Assembly (NCBI GenBank): GCA_034723315.1
Contig: JAYEOV010000055.1
Span: 507 to 64,506, forward strand
From: Candidatus Omnitrophota bacterium
GTDB lineage: Bacteria > Omnitrophota > Gorgyraeia > Tantalellales > Tantalellaceae
Direction: 5' to 3'
DNA: 64,000 nucleotides
Part shown: positions 17,229 to 27,475 of the stretch, one piece after another
Layout: every line of letters starts with the position of its first letter
Position numbering within the stretch: the stretch's first letter is position 1
Notes under the pieces: generated by a model
What the model saw: only the letters and a program-made list of their open reading frames with translations
Told to the model about the DNA's origin: nothing
Database searches by the model: none
Translations under genes and position numbers: made by a program

Positions 17229-19850
17229 CTACTTCGGCACATCCCCTGAAACTTTTCCCTTAAGTTCTTCCATTTTTTTTAAAGCTTCCAATGGGGTCAT
17301 GTTGTCGGTATCGATCTTTCTGATCATGTCGATGGCGGGATGTTCCCTGGAGATACCCTCAAAGAAGTCAAACTGTTTTTCGTTCTGCTCTTTATCTTCC
17401 AAAAACCGGGAGCGGATGTTCCCGAGAAAGGAATCCTTCTGTAAATTATTCAGTATATCCCGCGCGCGTTCAACAACCCTGCCCGGCATACCCGCAAGCT
17501 TGGCCACATGTATGCCAAAACTGTCGTCGCAGCTTCCTTCCGTCACTTTATAAAGAAAAATGACCTCGTCACCCCATTCCTGCACCGCAAGGTGGTAATT
17601 CTTAATACCCTTCATTATGCTGCTCAGTTCGATAAGCTCATGATAATGCGTCGCGAACAGCGCCCTTGCCCCGTCCAGTTTATGATGTATGAACTCCACC
17701 ACCGCCCATGCTATGGAAACCCCGTCATAAGTGCTCGTGCCCCTGCCTATCTCATCAAGAATGATCAGGCTTCTGCCCGTAGCGTTATTAAGTATATTTG
17801 CGGTCTCGAGCATCTCCACCATAAAAGTGCTCATCCCCTGATACAAACGGTCGGACGCGCCCACACGGGTAAATATCCTGTCCACCACACCAACCTCCGC
17901 TTCCTTTGCCGGGACAAAACTCCCCATCTGCGCCATTATAGTTATAAGAGCGGCCTGCCGGATATACGTCGACTTGCCCGCCATGTTGGAACCGGTAATT
18001 ATGAATATCCTTTTATCGGCATCGTCCATTATGATATCATTCGGAACGAACTCTTTGTCCTTGAGCATCTTCTCCAGAACGGGATGCCGGGACTCAATAA
18101 TACGAAACCCCCTTTCTTCATTTACCCTGGGGCGACAGTAGCGGTTGTTGACCGCTATCTCGGCCAGGTCCGAGAGGACATCCAGGTCTGCCACATGGTC
18201 GGACGCCCCTTTGAGACGGTCTATCTGCCCGGCCACTTTTGCGCGCAGTGAACAGAATATCTCATACTCCAGGTTCCTGCTGCGTTCTTCAGCCCCTATG
18301 ATCCTGGACTCCTGGTCTTTAAGCTCCTGCGTGACGAACCTTTCCGCGTTGACAAGTGTCTGTTTGCGCACGTAATCGGGCGGAATAGTGTCCAGTTTTG
18401 CCCTGGTCACTTCTATATAATACCCGAAGACCTTGTTGTACCCTACCTTCAAAGTGCTGATGCCCGTCCTTTCGATCTCTTTTTTCTGAAGGGCCGCGAC
18501 CCAGTCTTTGCCGTCCGTTACCAGATACTTAAGCTCGTCAAGCGCGGTCTCGTATCCTTTCTTAACCAGCCCGCCCTCTCTTATCGTGTTGGGAGGATTT
18601 TCGACAAGACAGCCGTCTATCCAGCCAATCACGTCCTTGAAATCGTCAAGTCCCCCGGCTATGTCCTTTACCGCCTTCGGGGCTCTGCCTTTCAGGCTCC
18701 CACGAAGCTCTTCGATATGTCTGAGAGACGAAGCCAGCGCCACCATGTCCCTGGCATTGGCCGTATTCAGGCTTACCTTGTTGGAAAGCCTTTCAATATC
18801 GTATATGTCTGCCAGAATTTCCCTTACCTGTTTTCTGCGATCGCTGTTCTCATAAAAATACTGAACGGCCTCGGTCCTGTATTTTATCTGCTCTGTATCG
18901 ATTAGCGGATTTAAAATCCATTTCCTTAACCTTCTCTTGCCCATAGGGGTTCTTGTCTTATCAAGCACCTCCACGAGAGTCCCCCTCAGCGAAAGGTCTT
19001 CACAGTTCATCGTAAGTTCCAGATGGCGGTACGTGTTCTTATCCATTATCATATACTGGCTTGCGCGGTATGTCGATATAGCGCCTATATTGGTAAGGCG
19101 AGACTTTTGGGTGTCTTTAAGATACCTTAGGAGGGCTCCCGCCGCCCCGACCGCAAGATCCAGCCCCTGGCACCCGAACCCCTCAAGGCTTTCGACCATG
19201 AAATGGCGTTTTATCTCCTGGAGAGACAGTTCATGATCAAACGCCCAGTCTTCGTTCACGGTCATGGCCCCGAGATTCACGTCCTTGAACTGCTCAAAAT
19301 CCTCACCTTTCGAAAAGCTTTCGGGAACAAGACACTCAGACGGGGATATCTTATACAGCTCGGAAAAAAGGTTCTCTTTATCACCGATCTCGGTAACGCG
19401 GAACTCGCCGGTGGATATATCAGCATAGGCCAGGCCGAAGTTCCCGCCATCGGGGTTCAGGGAAAGAATATAATTGTTGATCGACTCGTCCAGCAGTTCA
19501 TCCGCGATGACCGTCCCCGGGGTAATGATCCTGGAAATCTCCCTTTTCACTATCTTTTTTCCCGGAGAGGGTTCCTCCACCTGCTCGCATATCGCCACTT
19601 TTTTGCCTTGCCTGACAAGCCTTGCTATGTAATTGTTCGCGGCGTGATAGGGAACGCCGCACATAGGCACCTTACTCCCCTTTACTTTGCCCCTGGAGGT
19701 CAACGTTATGTGCAGTATTCGCGTCGCCTCAACGGCATCATCAAAGAACATTTCGTAGAAATCGCCCAGCCTGAAAAAAAGGATCGCGTCCTTGTTCTGC
19801 TGCTTGATCTCCAGGTACTGTCTCATCATCGGAGTAAGGTCGGAGCTCAT
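17229..19850 (-). CDS. mutS: DNA mismatch repair protein MutS
   Basis: TPMMRQY, FFRLGDFYEMF, ITGSNMAGKSTY, STFMVEM, LDEIGRGTST. Confidence 0.98.
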   Translation of the reverse strand: MSSDLTPMMRQYLEIKQQNKDAILFFRLGDFYEMFFDDAVEATRILHITLTSRGKVKGSKVPMCGVPYHAANNYIARLVRQGKKVAICEQVEEPSPGKKIVKREISRIITPGTVIADELLDESINNYILSLNPDGGNFGLAYADISTGEFRVTEIGDKENLFSELYKISPSECLVPESFSKGEDFEQFKDVNLGAMTVNEDWAFDHELSLQEIKRHFMVESLEGFGCQGLDLAVGAAGALLRYLKDTQKSRLTNIGAISTYRASQYMIMDKNTYRHLELTMNCEDLSLRGTLVEVLDKTRTPMGKRRLRKWILNPLIDTEQIKYRTEAVQYFYENSDRRKQVREILADIYDIERLSNKVSLNTANARDMVALASSLRHIEELRGSLKGRAPKAVKDIAGGLDDFKDVIGWIDGCLVENPPNTIREGGLVKKGYETALDELKYLVTDGKDWVAALQKKEIERTGISTLKVGYNKVFGYYIEVTRAKLDTIPPDYVRKQTLVNAERFVTQELKDQESRIIGAEERSRNLEYEIFCSLRAKVAGQIDRLKGASDHVADLDVLSDLAEIAVNNRYCRPRVNEERGFRIIESRHPVLEKMLKDKEFVPNDIIMDDADKRIFIITGSNMAGKSTYIRQAALITIMAQMGSFVPAKEAEVGVVDRIFTRVGASDRLYQGMSTFMVEMLETANILNNATGRSLIILDEIGRGTSTYDGVSIAWAVVEFIHHKLDGARALFATHYHELIELSSIMKGIKNYHLAVQEWGDEVIFLYKVTEGSCDDSFGIHVAKLAGMPGRVVERARDILNNLQKDSFLGNIRSRFLEDKEQNEKQFDFFEGISREHPAIDMIRKIDTDNMTPLEALKKMEELKGKVSGDVPK

Positions 19851-19885
19851 GATAATATCCTCCGGCGGGACTGAAAGGAAAAATA

Positions 19886-19965
19886 GAGAAAAATAGGGAC
19901 AGACACCCTATTTTTTAAAGAAAAGAAAATAAATAAAAAATAGGGTGTCTGTCCCTATTTTTCTC
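19886..19965. repeat. Perfect ~32-bp inverted repeat whose arms are themselves hairpins (REPIN-like); possible terminator after rplQ
   Basis: GAGAAAAATAGGGACAGACACCCTATTTTTTA followed by its reverse complement. Confidence 0.85.
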
Positions 19966-19982
19966 GGGATAACAGGATAAGA

Positions 19983-20606
19983 TCAGCCCATGGACTTACG
20001 ACGGAATCTCCTGAAAAAACCTTTTTTAGTGATCTTTTTCTGTTCAGTTTTCGCCTTTTCCTTTTTGATATCCTCAACGGAACGTTCTTCTTTGGCCTCT
20101 ATATCCACCTCAGGAGCCACGTGAGTTTCAGCCTTCGGTCCTTCTTCCTTCCGGGCAACTTCTCCGGCCGCTTTCTTCTTCTTTGCTTTTTCCTTAGCTT
20201 TTTCCCTGACTTTCTTGACCCCGAGAAGATCCTCGTCTGATATCGTCCTCTTTGTCAGCTCCATGATCGCTACCTGGGCCCCATCCCCTTTTCTGCTGCC
20301 AAGGGCCATGATCCGGGTATACCCTCCTGGAATATCTCTATACAGCGGAGCGATCTCGTCGAAAAGGTTCTTTATCACGTCCTTATCACAAAGCTTGCGA
20401 AAAGCCTGCCTCCTGGCACTGACGGAATCGGGGTTTTTCTTCGCAAGCGTTATCAGCGGCTCCGCGTAACTCCTCAGCGCCTTGGCTTTCGCCATGGTTG
20501 TCTCGATCCTCTGGTAGGTAAAAAGGTCGTTGGTCAGGCTTTTCAATGTAGCTTTCCTGTAGCTAGTCCTCCTGCTGAACCTTCCCTTCTTCTTGCGATG
20601 CCTCAT
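19983..20606 (-). CDS. rplQ: 50S ribosomal protein L17 with charged C-terminal extension
   Basis: MRHRK, IETTMAKAK, GGYTRI, RKGDGA; follows rpoA. Confidence 0.96.
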   Translation of the reverse strand: MRHRKKKGRFSRRTSYRKATLKSLTNDLFTYQRIETTMAKAKALRSYAEPLITLAKKNPDSVSARRQAFRKLCDKDVIKNLFDEIAPLYRDIPGGYTRIMALGSRKGDGAQVAIMELTKRTISDEDLLGVKKVREKAKEKAKKKKAAGEVARKEEGPKAETHVAPEVDIEAKEERSVEDIKKEKAKTEQKKITKKGFFRRFRRKSMG

Positions 20607-20652
20607 CTATCTTACCTTTCTTCTGAATACTTTTGCGAGGCCTGACACCGAT

Positions 20653-21633
20653 TTAATCTTTACCTTCTTCTATCTCCATACCCAGGTGCAGCCCCATTGA
20701 GGAAAGAACGGCGTTAATCTCGTTTAATGATTTCTTTCCGAAATTCTTGTATTTCAGCATTTCCATTTCTTTCTTCTTCACAAGGTCCCCGATCGACCGG
20801 ATGTTGGCCTCGGCAAGGCAATTCGAGCTTCTCACTGACAGTTCAAGTTCTGAGATAGGCTTTGCCAGCTTCTTTTCAAGATCCTTCTTTTCCCTGGATT
20901 CCTCTTCCTCCTCCTCTATTTCCTCGGGCAACTTCCCTATACTGATGAAGACATCAAGATGCCTCTGCAGGATGTTCGCGGCGTAAAGAAGGGTATCCTT
21001 CGGCTCCATGCTTCCGTTGGTGAATATTTCAAGTATGAGTTTATCATAATCGGTTATATGTCCCACCCTGGTATTTTCAACTTCAATGTTGACGCGCTTT
21101 ACCGGTGAGAAATGAGAATCAATAGCGACAACACCGATAGCGTCATTTTCGGTCTTGTTCCTTTCAGAAGGGCAGTATCCCCGGTTCCTTTCCACTTTCA
21201 ATTCTATCTCCAGCTTTGTGTCTTCCGTCAGCGTCGCTATATGGTGGTCCGGGTTTATTATCTCAACCGTTTCATCGGTCTTGATATCCTTCGCCTTGAC
21301 CTCACCTTTTTTGCTCACGCTGAGGAACATCGGCTTTGGATTTTTAAAATGGGACCTGAGGACCAGGCCTTTTATATTCATGATAAGCTGTGTCACGTCT
21401 TCTAAGACTCCCTTGATCGTAGAAAACTCGTGCAGGACGTTCGCGATCTTCACCTGTGTCACAGCCGCACCTTCAATGGACGAAAGCAGGACCCTGCGCA
21501 AAGAGTTCCCTATTGTTATGCCGTACCCCTTTTCAAAGGGTTCCGCGACGACCTTCCCGTAGATCGGAGTATAGGTCTTTTCGTCGAAGATAACTTTTTT
21601 TGGAATTTCAAAGGTCTTCAGCTTTATCCCCAT
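20653..21633 (-). CDS. rpoA: RNA polymerase alpha subunit
   Basis: EPFEKGYGITIGNSLRRVLLSS, LELSVRSSNCL, NFGKKSL. Confidence 0.98.
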   Translation of the reverse strand: MGIKLKTFEIPKKVIFDEKTYTPIYGKVVAEPFEKGYGITIGNSLRRVLLSSIEGAAVTQVKIANVLHEFSTIKGVLEDVTQLIMNIKGLVLRSHFKNPKPMFLSVSKKGEVKAKDIKTDETVEIINPDHHIATLTEDTKLEIELKVERNRGYCPSERNKTENDAIGVVAIDSHFSPVKRVNIEVENTRVGHITDYDKLILEIFTNGSMEPKDTLLYAANILQRHLDVFISIGKLPEEIEEEEEESREKKDLEKKLAKPISELELSVRSSNCLAEANIRSIGDLVKKKEMEMLKYKNFGKKSLNEINAVLSSMGLHLGMEIEEGKD

Positions 21634-21883
21634 AATATATGTCCTCCTTGTAAATAAAAAATATGTTGTTTTTCGGTTTTAGGTTGTGTAACTTGGACCG
21701 TTATTCGTTTCACGGTCGCGTTTTAAAAAACGAATACCCTTCAATTTTCAAGGTTTCCAGCTACGCAACCGATCACCTTTTAACCCGACCACTCAATCGT
21801 TAAAAAACTCAAACATGTCTAATACACCTTACTCGTAGAAGTTTATTGAGACCTTTCGTCTCTGCCATAGCCTGACTCGCGTG

Positions 21884-21962
21884 GAGGACATTTTGCCCCG
21901 AAAACGCAGTCAATGGGTTTTGCAGCCAGCCGCAGTAGAACGGGGTTGTGAAATGGCTTCTA
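21884..21962 (-). mobile_element. Half copy of the 180-bp MITE
   Basis: GAGGACATTTTGCCCCGAAAACGCAGTCAATG...GAAATGGCTTCTA matches one arm; a degenerate opposite end TAGAAG lies at ~21836. Confidence 0.75.
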
Positions 21963-21977
21963 CGTCTGGAACCCACA

Positions 21978-22607
21978 TCATTTCGAATACAACTCGACAA
22001 TAAGGTTCTCTTCGATGACCATGCCGATATCGCTCTTCACGGGCAATCTATTCACCTTTACGGCAAGGTTTTCCGGCGATACCTCTATCCAGTCCGGTAT
22101 CTCTCGGTCCTCGAGTAACTTTGACGTCTCCCTAAAAGCCTTTAACTGCTCGTCGCTTCCCACAAGCTCTATCTTGTCCCCCACCTTGACAAGATAAGAG
22201 GAAATATTGACCTTGCGGCCATTTACCTTGACGAACCTGTGCCCGACTATCTGACGGGCCGCTGACCGGGATGACGCGAAACATGTCCTGTAAACCGTAT
22301 TGTCAAGCCTCCGTTCCAGGAACTGCAGCAGAACTTCGCCGGTCGCGCCTTTGGCCTTCTCAGCTTTCTTGAAATAATTCTTGAACTGTCGCTCAAGTAC
22401 GCCATAGATCCTCTTGGCCTTCTGTTTTTCTCTCAGCTGGATAGCATAATCGGATGGTTTTCTCTTCCGCATCTTGCCATGCTGTCCCGGCGCATATTCC
22501 CTTCTCATAAAAGCGCATTTGTCGGTAGCGCATTTCGTTCCCTTGAGGAACAGCTTCTCGCCCTCCCTCCGGCAAAGCCTGCATGTCGGCGTTATTCTCC
22601 TCGCCAT
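21978..22607 (-). CDS. rpsD: 30S ribosomal protein S4 (zinc-binding type)
   Basis: CRLCRREG, LREKQK, LERRLDN, IVELYSK; start moved to MARR. Confidence 0.97.
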   Translation of the reverse strand: MARRITPTCRLCRREGEKLFLKGTKCATDKCAFMRREYAPGQHGKMRKRKPSDYAIQLREKQKAKRIYGVLERQFKNYFKKAEKAKGATGEVLLQFLERRLDNTVYRTCFASSRSAARQIVGHRFVKVNGRKVNISSYLVKVGDKIELVGSDEQLKAFRETSKLLEDREIPDWIEVSPENLAVKVNRLPVKSDIGMVIEENLIVELYSK

Positions 22608-22633
22608 ATATTTTTTCTCCTTATTCTTATTTT

Positions 22634-22698
22634 TCGTGTCTGGTGCCTTGTGTCCCGCGTTACGCATACAAGACACGGGTCACGGATGACGGAACACT
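22634..22698. repeat. Inverted heptamer-repeat hairpin between rpsK and rpsD
   Basis: TCGTGTC TGGTGCC TTGTGTC CCGCGTT ... ACAAGAC ACGGGTC ACGGATG ACGGAAC. Confidence 0.7.
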
Positions 22699-22703
22699 GT
22701 TGC

Positions 22704-23096
22704 TTATACTCTCCTGCGCTTCTTGGGCCTGCAACCGTTATGCGGTGTTGGGGTCACATCCATGATGGTCCGCACATTAAGTCCTTCCGTCCTGATGCTT
22801 CTCACCGCGCTTTCCTTGCCTGACCCCGGGCCCCTGAGAAAGACCTCTACCTCGAATATGCCGTGGGTTCTTGCTTTTTTTACGGCATCCTTGGCCGCTA
22901 TACTGGCGGCAAAGGGCGTAGATTTCCTTGACCCCTTAAACCCGACCGTTCCCGGGGAACTCCAGCACAGGATCTTGCCGTTCGGATCCGTTACCGTAAC
23001 GATCGTGTTGTTAAAGGTCGCATGAACATATACCTTGCCGCTGGAGATCTTTCTTAATATTTTCTTACGTTTTCTTGTTTTTGCTTTCTTCTGCAC
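22704..23096 (-). CDS. rpsK: 30S ribosomal protein S11
   Basis: ATFNNTIVT, GFKGSRKSTPFAA, PHNGCRP. Confidence 0.98.
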   Translation of the reverse strand: MQKKAKTRKRKKILRKISSGKVYVHATFNNTIVTVTDPNGKILCWSSPGTVGFKGSRKSTPFAASIAAKDAVKKARTHGIFEVEVFLRGPGSGKESAVRSIRTEGLNVRTIMDVTPTPHNGCRPKKRRRV

Positions 23097-23157
23097 GCTA
23101 TTACCTCTCTCTCAATATTCGCGTCATTAAACGAGACCAGACAGTCTGGGACACGAA

Positions 23158-23565
23158 CTACTTGGTTTGCGACGTTTTTCCCGCCGACCTAGCGGCTTTT
23201 TCCTTGAATGCCCCTATTGTCTTTTTAGGACCCTTCCGTGTCCTGGCGTTCGTTTTTGTCCTCTGCCCTCTAACGGGCAGATTCCTTTTATGCCTGAGCC
23301 CCCTGTAAGTGCCTATGGTCATCAGTCTTTTGATATTACCTGCATACAGCCTGCGGAGATCCCCTTCAACCTGGTGGGAATCCTGTATAATACGGGTGAT
23401 CGCAGTTACCTCCTGTTCGTCAAGGTCTTTTGCCCTCTTATCGGGAGAAATACCCGCTTCTTTCAGTATCAGATTGGATTGGGTCCTCCCTATTCCGAAA
23501 ATATAGGTTAAAGCGAACTCTATCCTTTTCTCCTTCGGTATGTCAATTCCAAGAATCCTCGGCAT
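23158..23565 (-). CDS. rpsM: 30S ribosomal protein S13
   Basis: [33 protein letters not shown]. Confidence 0.98.
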   Translation of the reverse strand: MPRILGIDIPKEKRIEFALTYIFGIGRTQSNLILKEAGISPDKRAKDLDEQEVTAITRIIQDSHQVEGDLRRLYAGNIKRLMTIGTYRGLRHKRNLPVRGQRTKTNARTRKGPKKTIGAFKEKAARSAGKTSQTK

Positions 23566-23655
23566 TTCTTCTCCTTATCGATAAATATTCATTAAAAAAT
23601 AAGCGTTTTTTCTCAACAACTCAATTTTCTTATTTTTTTTAATTTTTAATTTACC

Positions 23656-23769
23656 CTATCCCTGCCTCTGTTTATGCTTAGGGTCTTTGCAGATAACCCT
23701 TACCACGCCTTTTCTTCGCACGATCTTGCATTTTGAACACATTTTTCTTACACTCGGCCTGACTTTCAT
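23656..23769 (-). CDS. rpmJ: 50S ribosomal protein L36 (absent from the ORF track)
   Basis: Manual translation [37 protein letters not shown]. Confidence 0.97.
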   Translation of the reverse strand: MKVRPSVRKMCSKCKIVRRKGVVRVICKDPKHKQRQG

Positions 23770-23771
23770 GA

Positions 23772-23993
23772 CTATTTCTCTCTTTTTATGATCCTTCCTC
23801 TGTCCAGATCATAAGGTGACAGTTCCACTGTCACCTTATCTCCCGGGACTATCCTGATAAAATACATCCTCATCTTTCCCGAAACATGAGCGAGAACAAT
23901 GTGGCCGTTCTCCAGCTTGACTCTGAACATCGCGTTCGGCAATGTCTCTGTTATCTCTCCCTCAGCAACAATCGGTTCTTCCTTTGGACTCAT
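23772..23993 (-). CDS. infA: Translation initiation factor IF-1
   Basis: [27 protein letters not shown]. Confidence 0.98.
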   Translation of the reverse strand: MSPKEEPIVAEGEITETLPNAMFRVKLENGHIVLAHVSGKMRMYFIRIVPGDKVTVELSPYDLDRGRIIKREK

Positions 23994-24733
23994 GTTATTA
24001 TCTCCGCTTTTTTTGACCCGACTATGATCGTATCCTCAAAATGTGCCGATAGCTCACCGTCGATCGTCACAGCCGTCCACCCGTCCGGCAGTATCCGGAC
24101 CTTTCTTGTTCCGCGATTGATCATCGGCTCTATAGCAAGGACCAGACCCTCTTTGAGCACGGGACCTTTACCCTTTTCGCCCCAGTTCGGCACTTCGGGC
24201 GGCTCGTGCAGGTGGATCCCTATCCCGTGTCCCACGAACGCCCTGACCTCCTGGAACCCGGACATCCGGGCGACTGACTGGATCGCGTTCGATATATCGG
24301 AAATCCTGTTGCCCGCGACAGCCTTTCTTATACCCTCATCCAGGCTCTCTTTCGTGACCTCTATAAGCCGTTGTGCCTTTTCGCTGATCTTTCCGACCGA
24401 AAAGGTCCTTGTCGCGTCCGTATAAAAACCGTTCTTCCTAACGCCCACGTCAATGCCGACTATGTCACCCCTGGCCAGTGTGACTTTATCTGACGGGATG
24501 CCGTGCACCACAACATCATTGATCGAAACGCATATTGACGCTGGATAACCCCTATACCCCTTGAACGCGGGTTCACCGCCGTTTTCGCGGATGATGTTTT
24601 CAGCCTCCCGGTCAAGCGCCGATGTCGAGATCCCTTCTTTTATAATTTTTTTAACCCGGGAAAAGACCTCTTTAATTACCTCCCCGCATTCCCGGATCTT
24701 GCAAATATCCTCTTTATTTTTCAGAATCGTCAT
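23990..24733 (-). CDS. map: Methionine aminopeptidase type I
   Basis: [35 protein letters not shown]. Confidence 0.97.
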   Translation of the reverse strand: MTILKNKEDICKIRECGEVIKEVFSRVKKIIKEGISTSALDREAENIIRENGGEPAFKGYRGYPASICVSINDVVVHGIPSDKVTLARGDIVGIDVGVRKNGFYTDATRTFSVGKISEKAQRLIEVTKESLDEGIRKAVAGNRISDISNAIQSVARMSGFQEVRAFVGHGIGIHLHEPPEVPNWGEKGKGPVLKEGLVLAIEPMINRGTRKVRILPDGWTAVTIDGELSAHFEDTIIVGSKKAEIIT

Positions 24734-25406
24734 TTATCAGACCTTCTCTCCGGAAAAGGGCACCTATGTCCTCAAAGAGCCTATCAGCCGAAATATCGCC
24801 ATCGACCTGCCACAGCAGGCCTTTTTCCTCATAATAGGCACTGAGGTCCTTCGTGCGTTGTTCGTATATTTTCAGGCGGTTCCTTACGATTTCAGGGTTA
24901 TCATCCTCGCGCTGCACGAGCTCGGCGCCGCATAGATCACATATGCCTTCCTTTTTCGGAGGCATGTTCGTTACATGATAATTTTTACCGCATTTTGAAC
25001 ATATCAGGCGTCCCGAAAGCCTCTGAACTGCAACTTCTTCGGACGTCTTCAGGTAGAGAACCATATCCAGGCACCCGTTCTCATTCTTTAGCGAGCTGTC
25101 CAGCGACTCAGCCTGAGCGCGCGTCCTCGGATACCCGTCAAGGATAACTCCACCAGCTGCATTCTTTTTCCCCATACGGTCGATCACGGCTTTCGTTACG
25201 ATATTATCCGGGACCAGCTCTCCCCTGTTCATATAGCTCTGGGCCTGCATGCCGGCCTCGCTGCCTTCCTTAATCGCCTCGCGCAGCATATCCCCGGTTG
25301 AAATATGCAGCAGGTGGTACGCTTTAGCCAGAAGAATAGCCTGGGTCCCCTTGCCCGCGCCCGGAGGACCGAGAAGAACAAGGTTCAAAGGATGCGAATC
25401 CGTCAT
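24714..25406 (-). CDS. adk: Adenylate kinase (zinc LID)
   Basis: LGPPGAGKGTQA, ISTGDMLR, LDGYPRT, CSKC...CDLC. Confidence 0.97.
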   Translation of the reverse strand: MTDSHPLNLVLLGPPGAGKGTQAILLAKAYHLLHISTGDMLREAIKEGSEAGMQAQSYMNRGELVPDNIVTKAVIDRMGKKNAAGGVILDGYPRTRAQAESLDSSLKNENGCLDMVLYLKTSEEVAVQRLSGRLICSKCGKNYHVTNMPPKKEGICDLCGAELVQREDDNPEIVRNRLKIYEQRTKDLSAYYEEKGLLWQVDGDISADRLFEDIGALFRREGLINDDSEK

Positions 25407-26752
25407 CCCAGACGCCCCCTTACTCTTCCTTTTTTCATGAACCCCTCATAATGTCTCATGAGCATGTGGGATTCTATTTGCCGCATTGTATCCAGCATGA
25501 CGCCCACAACGATAAGAAGCCCGGTCCCTCCGAAAAAACTGGCAACGAGAAAAGGTATCCCGAGCTGACCGTTTATTACACTCGGCAATACCGCTATGAT
25601 CGTAAGAAAGATCGCGCCGGGTAATGTTATCCGGGTCATTATAAAATCAAGATACTCCGCGGTCTGTTTACCCGGTCTTATGCCGGGGACGAACCCCCCG
25701 AAACGTTTCATGTTATTCGCCATGTCAACAGGGTTAAACGTTATGGCGGCGTAAAAATAACAGAAAAACAGTATGAGCAGCGAATATACCACATAGTAAA
25801 GGGGTCTCCCCATCATGAGAGAACTCGCCATGCTCTGGAGGGCCCGGTGCGGCACGAAACCCGCAATGGTCGCCGGGAACAATATTATCGATTGAGCGAA
25901 TATAATGGGAATAACTCCACTCTGGTTCACCCTTAACGGTATATATGTGCTCTGTCCTCCGTATATCTTGCGGCCAACAACCCTTTTAGCATACTGGATC
26001 GGGATCTTCCTCTGGCCCTGGGTGATCATGACAACGGCAACTATTACCGCCACGAACATAAACGCAAGAAAGACGATCTTAAAAGGATCTATCTGTGCCT
26101 GACCCTGCGTGCCTGGTGTAGCCAGAGATATCAGCTGGATCAGCGCCGCAGGGAGCCTTGAGATGATACCTGCCGTTATGATCAGCGAAATACCGTTTCC
26201 TATCCCTTTTTCCTGTATCTGTTCCCCCAGCCACATTATAAAAGCAGTGCCGGTAGTAAGAGTTATGACGGTAAGTATGCGGAAACCCCAGCCCGGATAC
26301 TGCACTATCTGCAAACCCTGGAACCTGGCGGGGTTTTCAAGCCACAAAGCGATGAAAAACGCCTGTATTACGGATAAAACGACCGTGCCGTACCTTGTAT
26401 ACTGCGTTATCGCCTTGCGGCCTTCGTCCCCCTGCCTTGCAAGGCGCTCCAGGGCCGGGATGACAGTTGTCAACAGCTGCAGGATGATGGATGCCGATAT
26501 GTACGGCATGATCCCCAGCGCGAATATGGTCAACCTCTGCATGGCGCCCCCGGAGAACATGTTCATGATCCCGAAAAGCGTCCCGCCCTGGGTCCTGGCG
26601 ATATTATCAAAGAACTGAGCGAGCTTCGCGCCGTCTATACCGGGAGTTGGGACGAAAGCCCCTATCCTGAAAACGGCGATAAGCCCGAGCGTGAAAAGGA
26701 TCTTCTTTTTCAGATCGGGTATTTTGAGAATATTTGTCAACGCCTCAAACAC
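25403..26752 (-). CDS. secY: Preprotein translocase SecY
   Basis: IFALGIMPYISASII, GIGNGISLII, IPIIFA, PGIRPG, FGGTGLLI. Confidence 0.98.
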   Translation of the reverse strand: MFEALTNILKIPDLKKKILFTLGLIAVFRIGAFVPTPGIDGAKLAQFFDNIARTQGGTLFGIMNMFSGGAMQRLTIFALGIMPYISASIILQLLTTVIPALERLARQGDEGRKAITQYTRYGTVVLSVIQAFFIALWLENPARFQGLQIVQYPGWGFRILTVITLTTGTAFIMWLGEQIQEKGIGNGISLIITAGIISRLPAALIQLISLATPGTQGQAQIDPFKIVFLAFMFVAVIVAVVMITQGQRKIPIQYAKRVVGRKIYGGQSTYIPLRVNQSGVIPIIFAQSIILFPATIAGFVPHRALQSMASSLMMGRPLYYVVYSLLILFFCYFYAAITFNPVDMANNMKRFGGFVPGIRPGKQTAEYLDFIMTRITLPGAIFLTIIAVLPSVINGQLGIPFLVASFFGGTGLLIVVGVMLDTMRQIESHMLMRHYEGFMKKGRVRGRLG

Positions 26753-26774
26753 GTTCTCTCCTTATAAGACCATT

Positions 26775-26864
26775 GTGTGATTGATTACAGTGATTTTAAA
26801 AAGATTACAGTGATTCCTCGATAGTAAACAATCTCCGTAATCCAACCGTTAATCTCCGTAATCA
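26775..26864. repeat. Inverted GATTACAGTGATT / AATCTCCGTAATC repeat hairpin between rplO and secY
   Basis: Two copies of each 13-mer, imperfectly complementary. Confidence 0.7.
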
Positions 26865-26868
26865 TTAT

Positions 26869-27363
26869 CTAGGATCCGGATTCTGTCTTGTCTTTCTTAA
26901 CTTTCAGGCTCACAACTTCAACCTTCCCGCCTGCTTCCTCGATCGATTTCCTCGCGCCGGCGGAAAAGGCGTCTGCTTTTACCGTTATCGCTTTATCCAG
27001 CTTTCCTTTGCCCAGGACCTTGAAAGGCAGTCTCTTTTTCCTGAGTATCTTTTTAGCTACCAGGAATTCCTTGTCAACTACGGACCCGTCCACTATCAGA
27101 GTGGTCTTCTGCAAAGTATCTATGTTGACAACGCTCCACTCTCGCCTGAACTTATTGGTAAACCCTCTTTTGGGGACACGCCTGACAAGGGGCATCTGCC
27201 CGCCCTCAAACCCGGGGGTATAAACACCTCCACCGGACCTTTGTTTCGCGCCTTTATGGCCGCGCCCGCTTGTCTTTCCCCGCCCGGACCCTACACCGCG
27301 GCCTTTGCGTTTACTGTTGCCCTTACTGCGGGGCCTCCTTATATCCTGTAGTCTCAAACCCAT
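26869..27363 (-). CDS. rplO: 50S ribosomal protein L15
   Basis: GRGVGSGRGKTSGRGHKG, FEGGQMPL, KRGF. Confidence 0.97.
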   Translation of the reverse strand: MGLRLQDIRRPRSKGNSKRKGRGVGSGRGKTSGRGHKGAKQRSGGGVYTPGFEGGQMPLVRRVPKRGFTNKFRREWSVVNIDTLQKTTLIVDGSVVDKEFLVAKKILRKKRLPFKVLGKGKLDKAITVKADAFSAGARKSIEEAGGKVEVVSLKVKKDKTESGS

Positions 27364-27475
27364 TCTTTCAATCCTCAGTTTTCAAAAAAGAAAATTCCTA
27401 CTATATTAAATTACATTCGTTCTCAGTCCCGGCGCTTGTGTCCCTTACCTTGAACCCAAAACCCGGAAACCAGAT

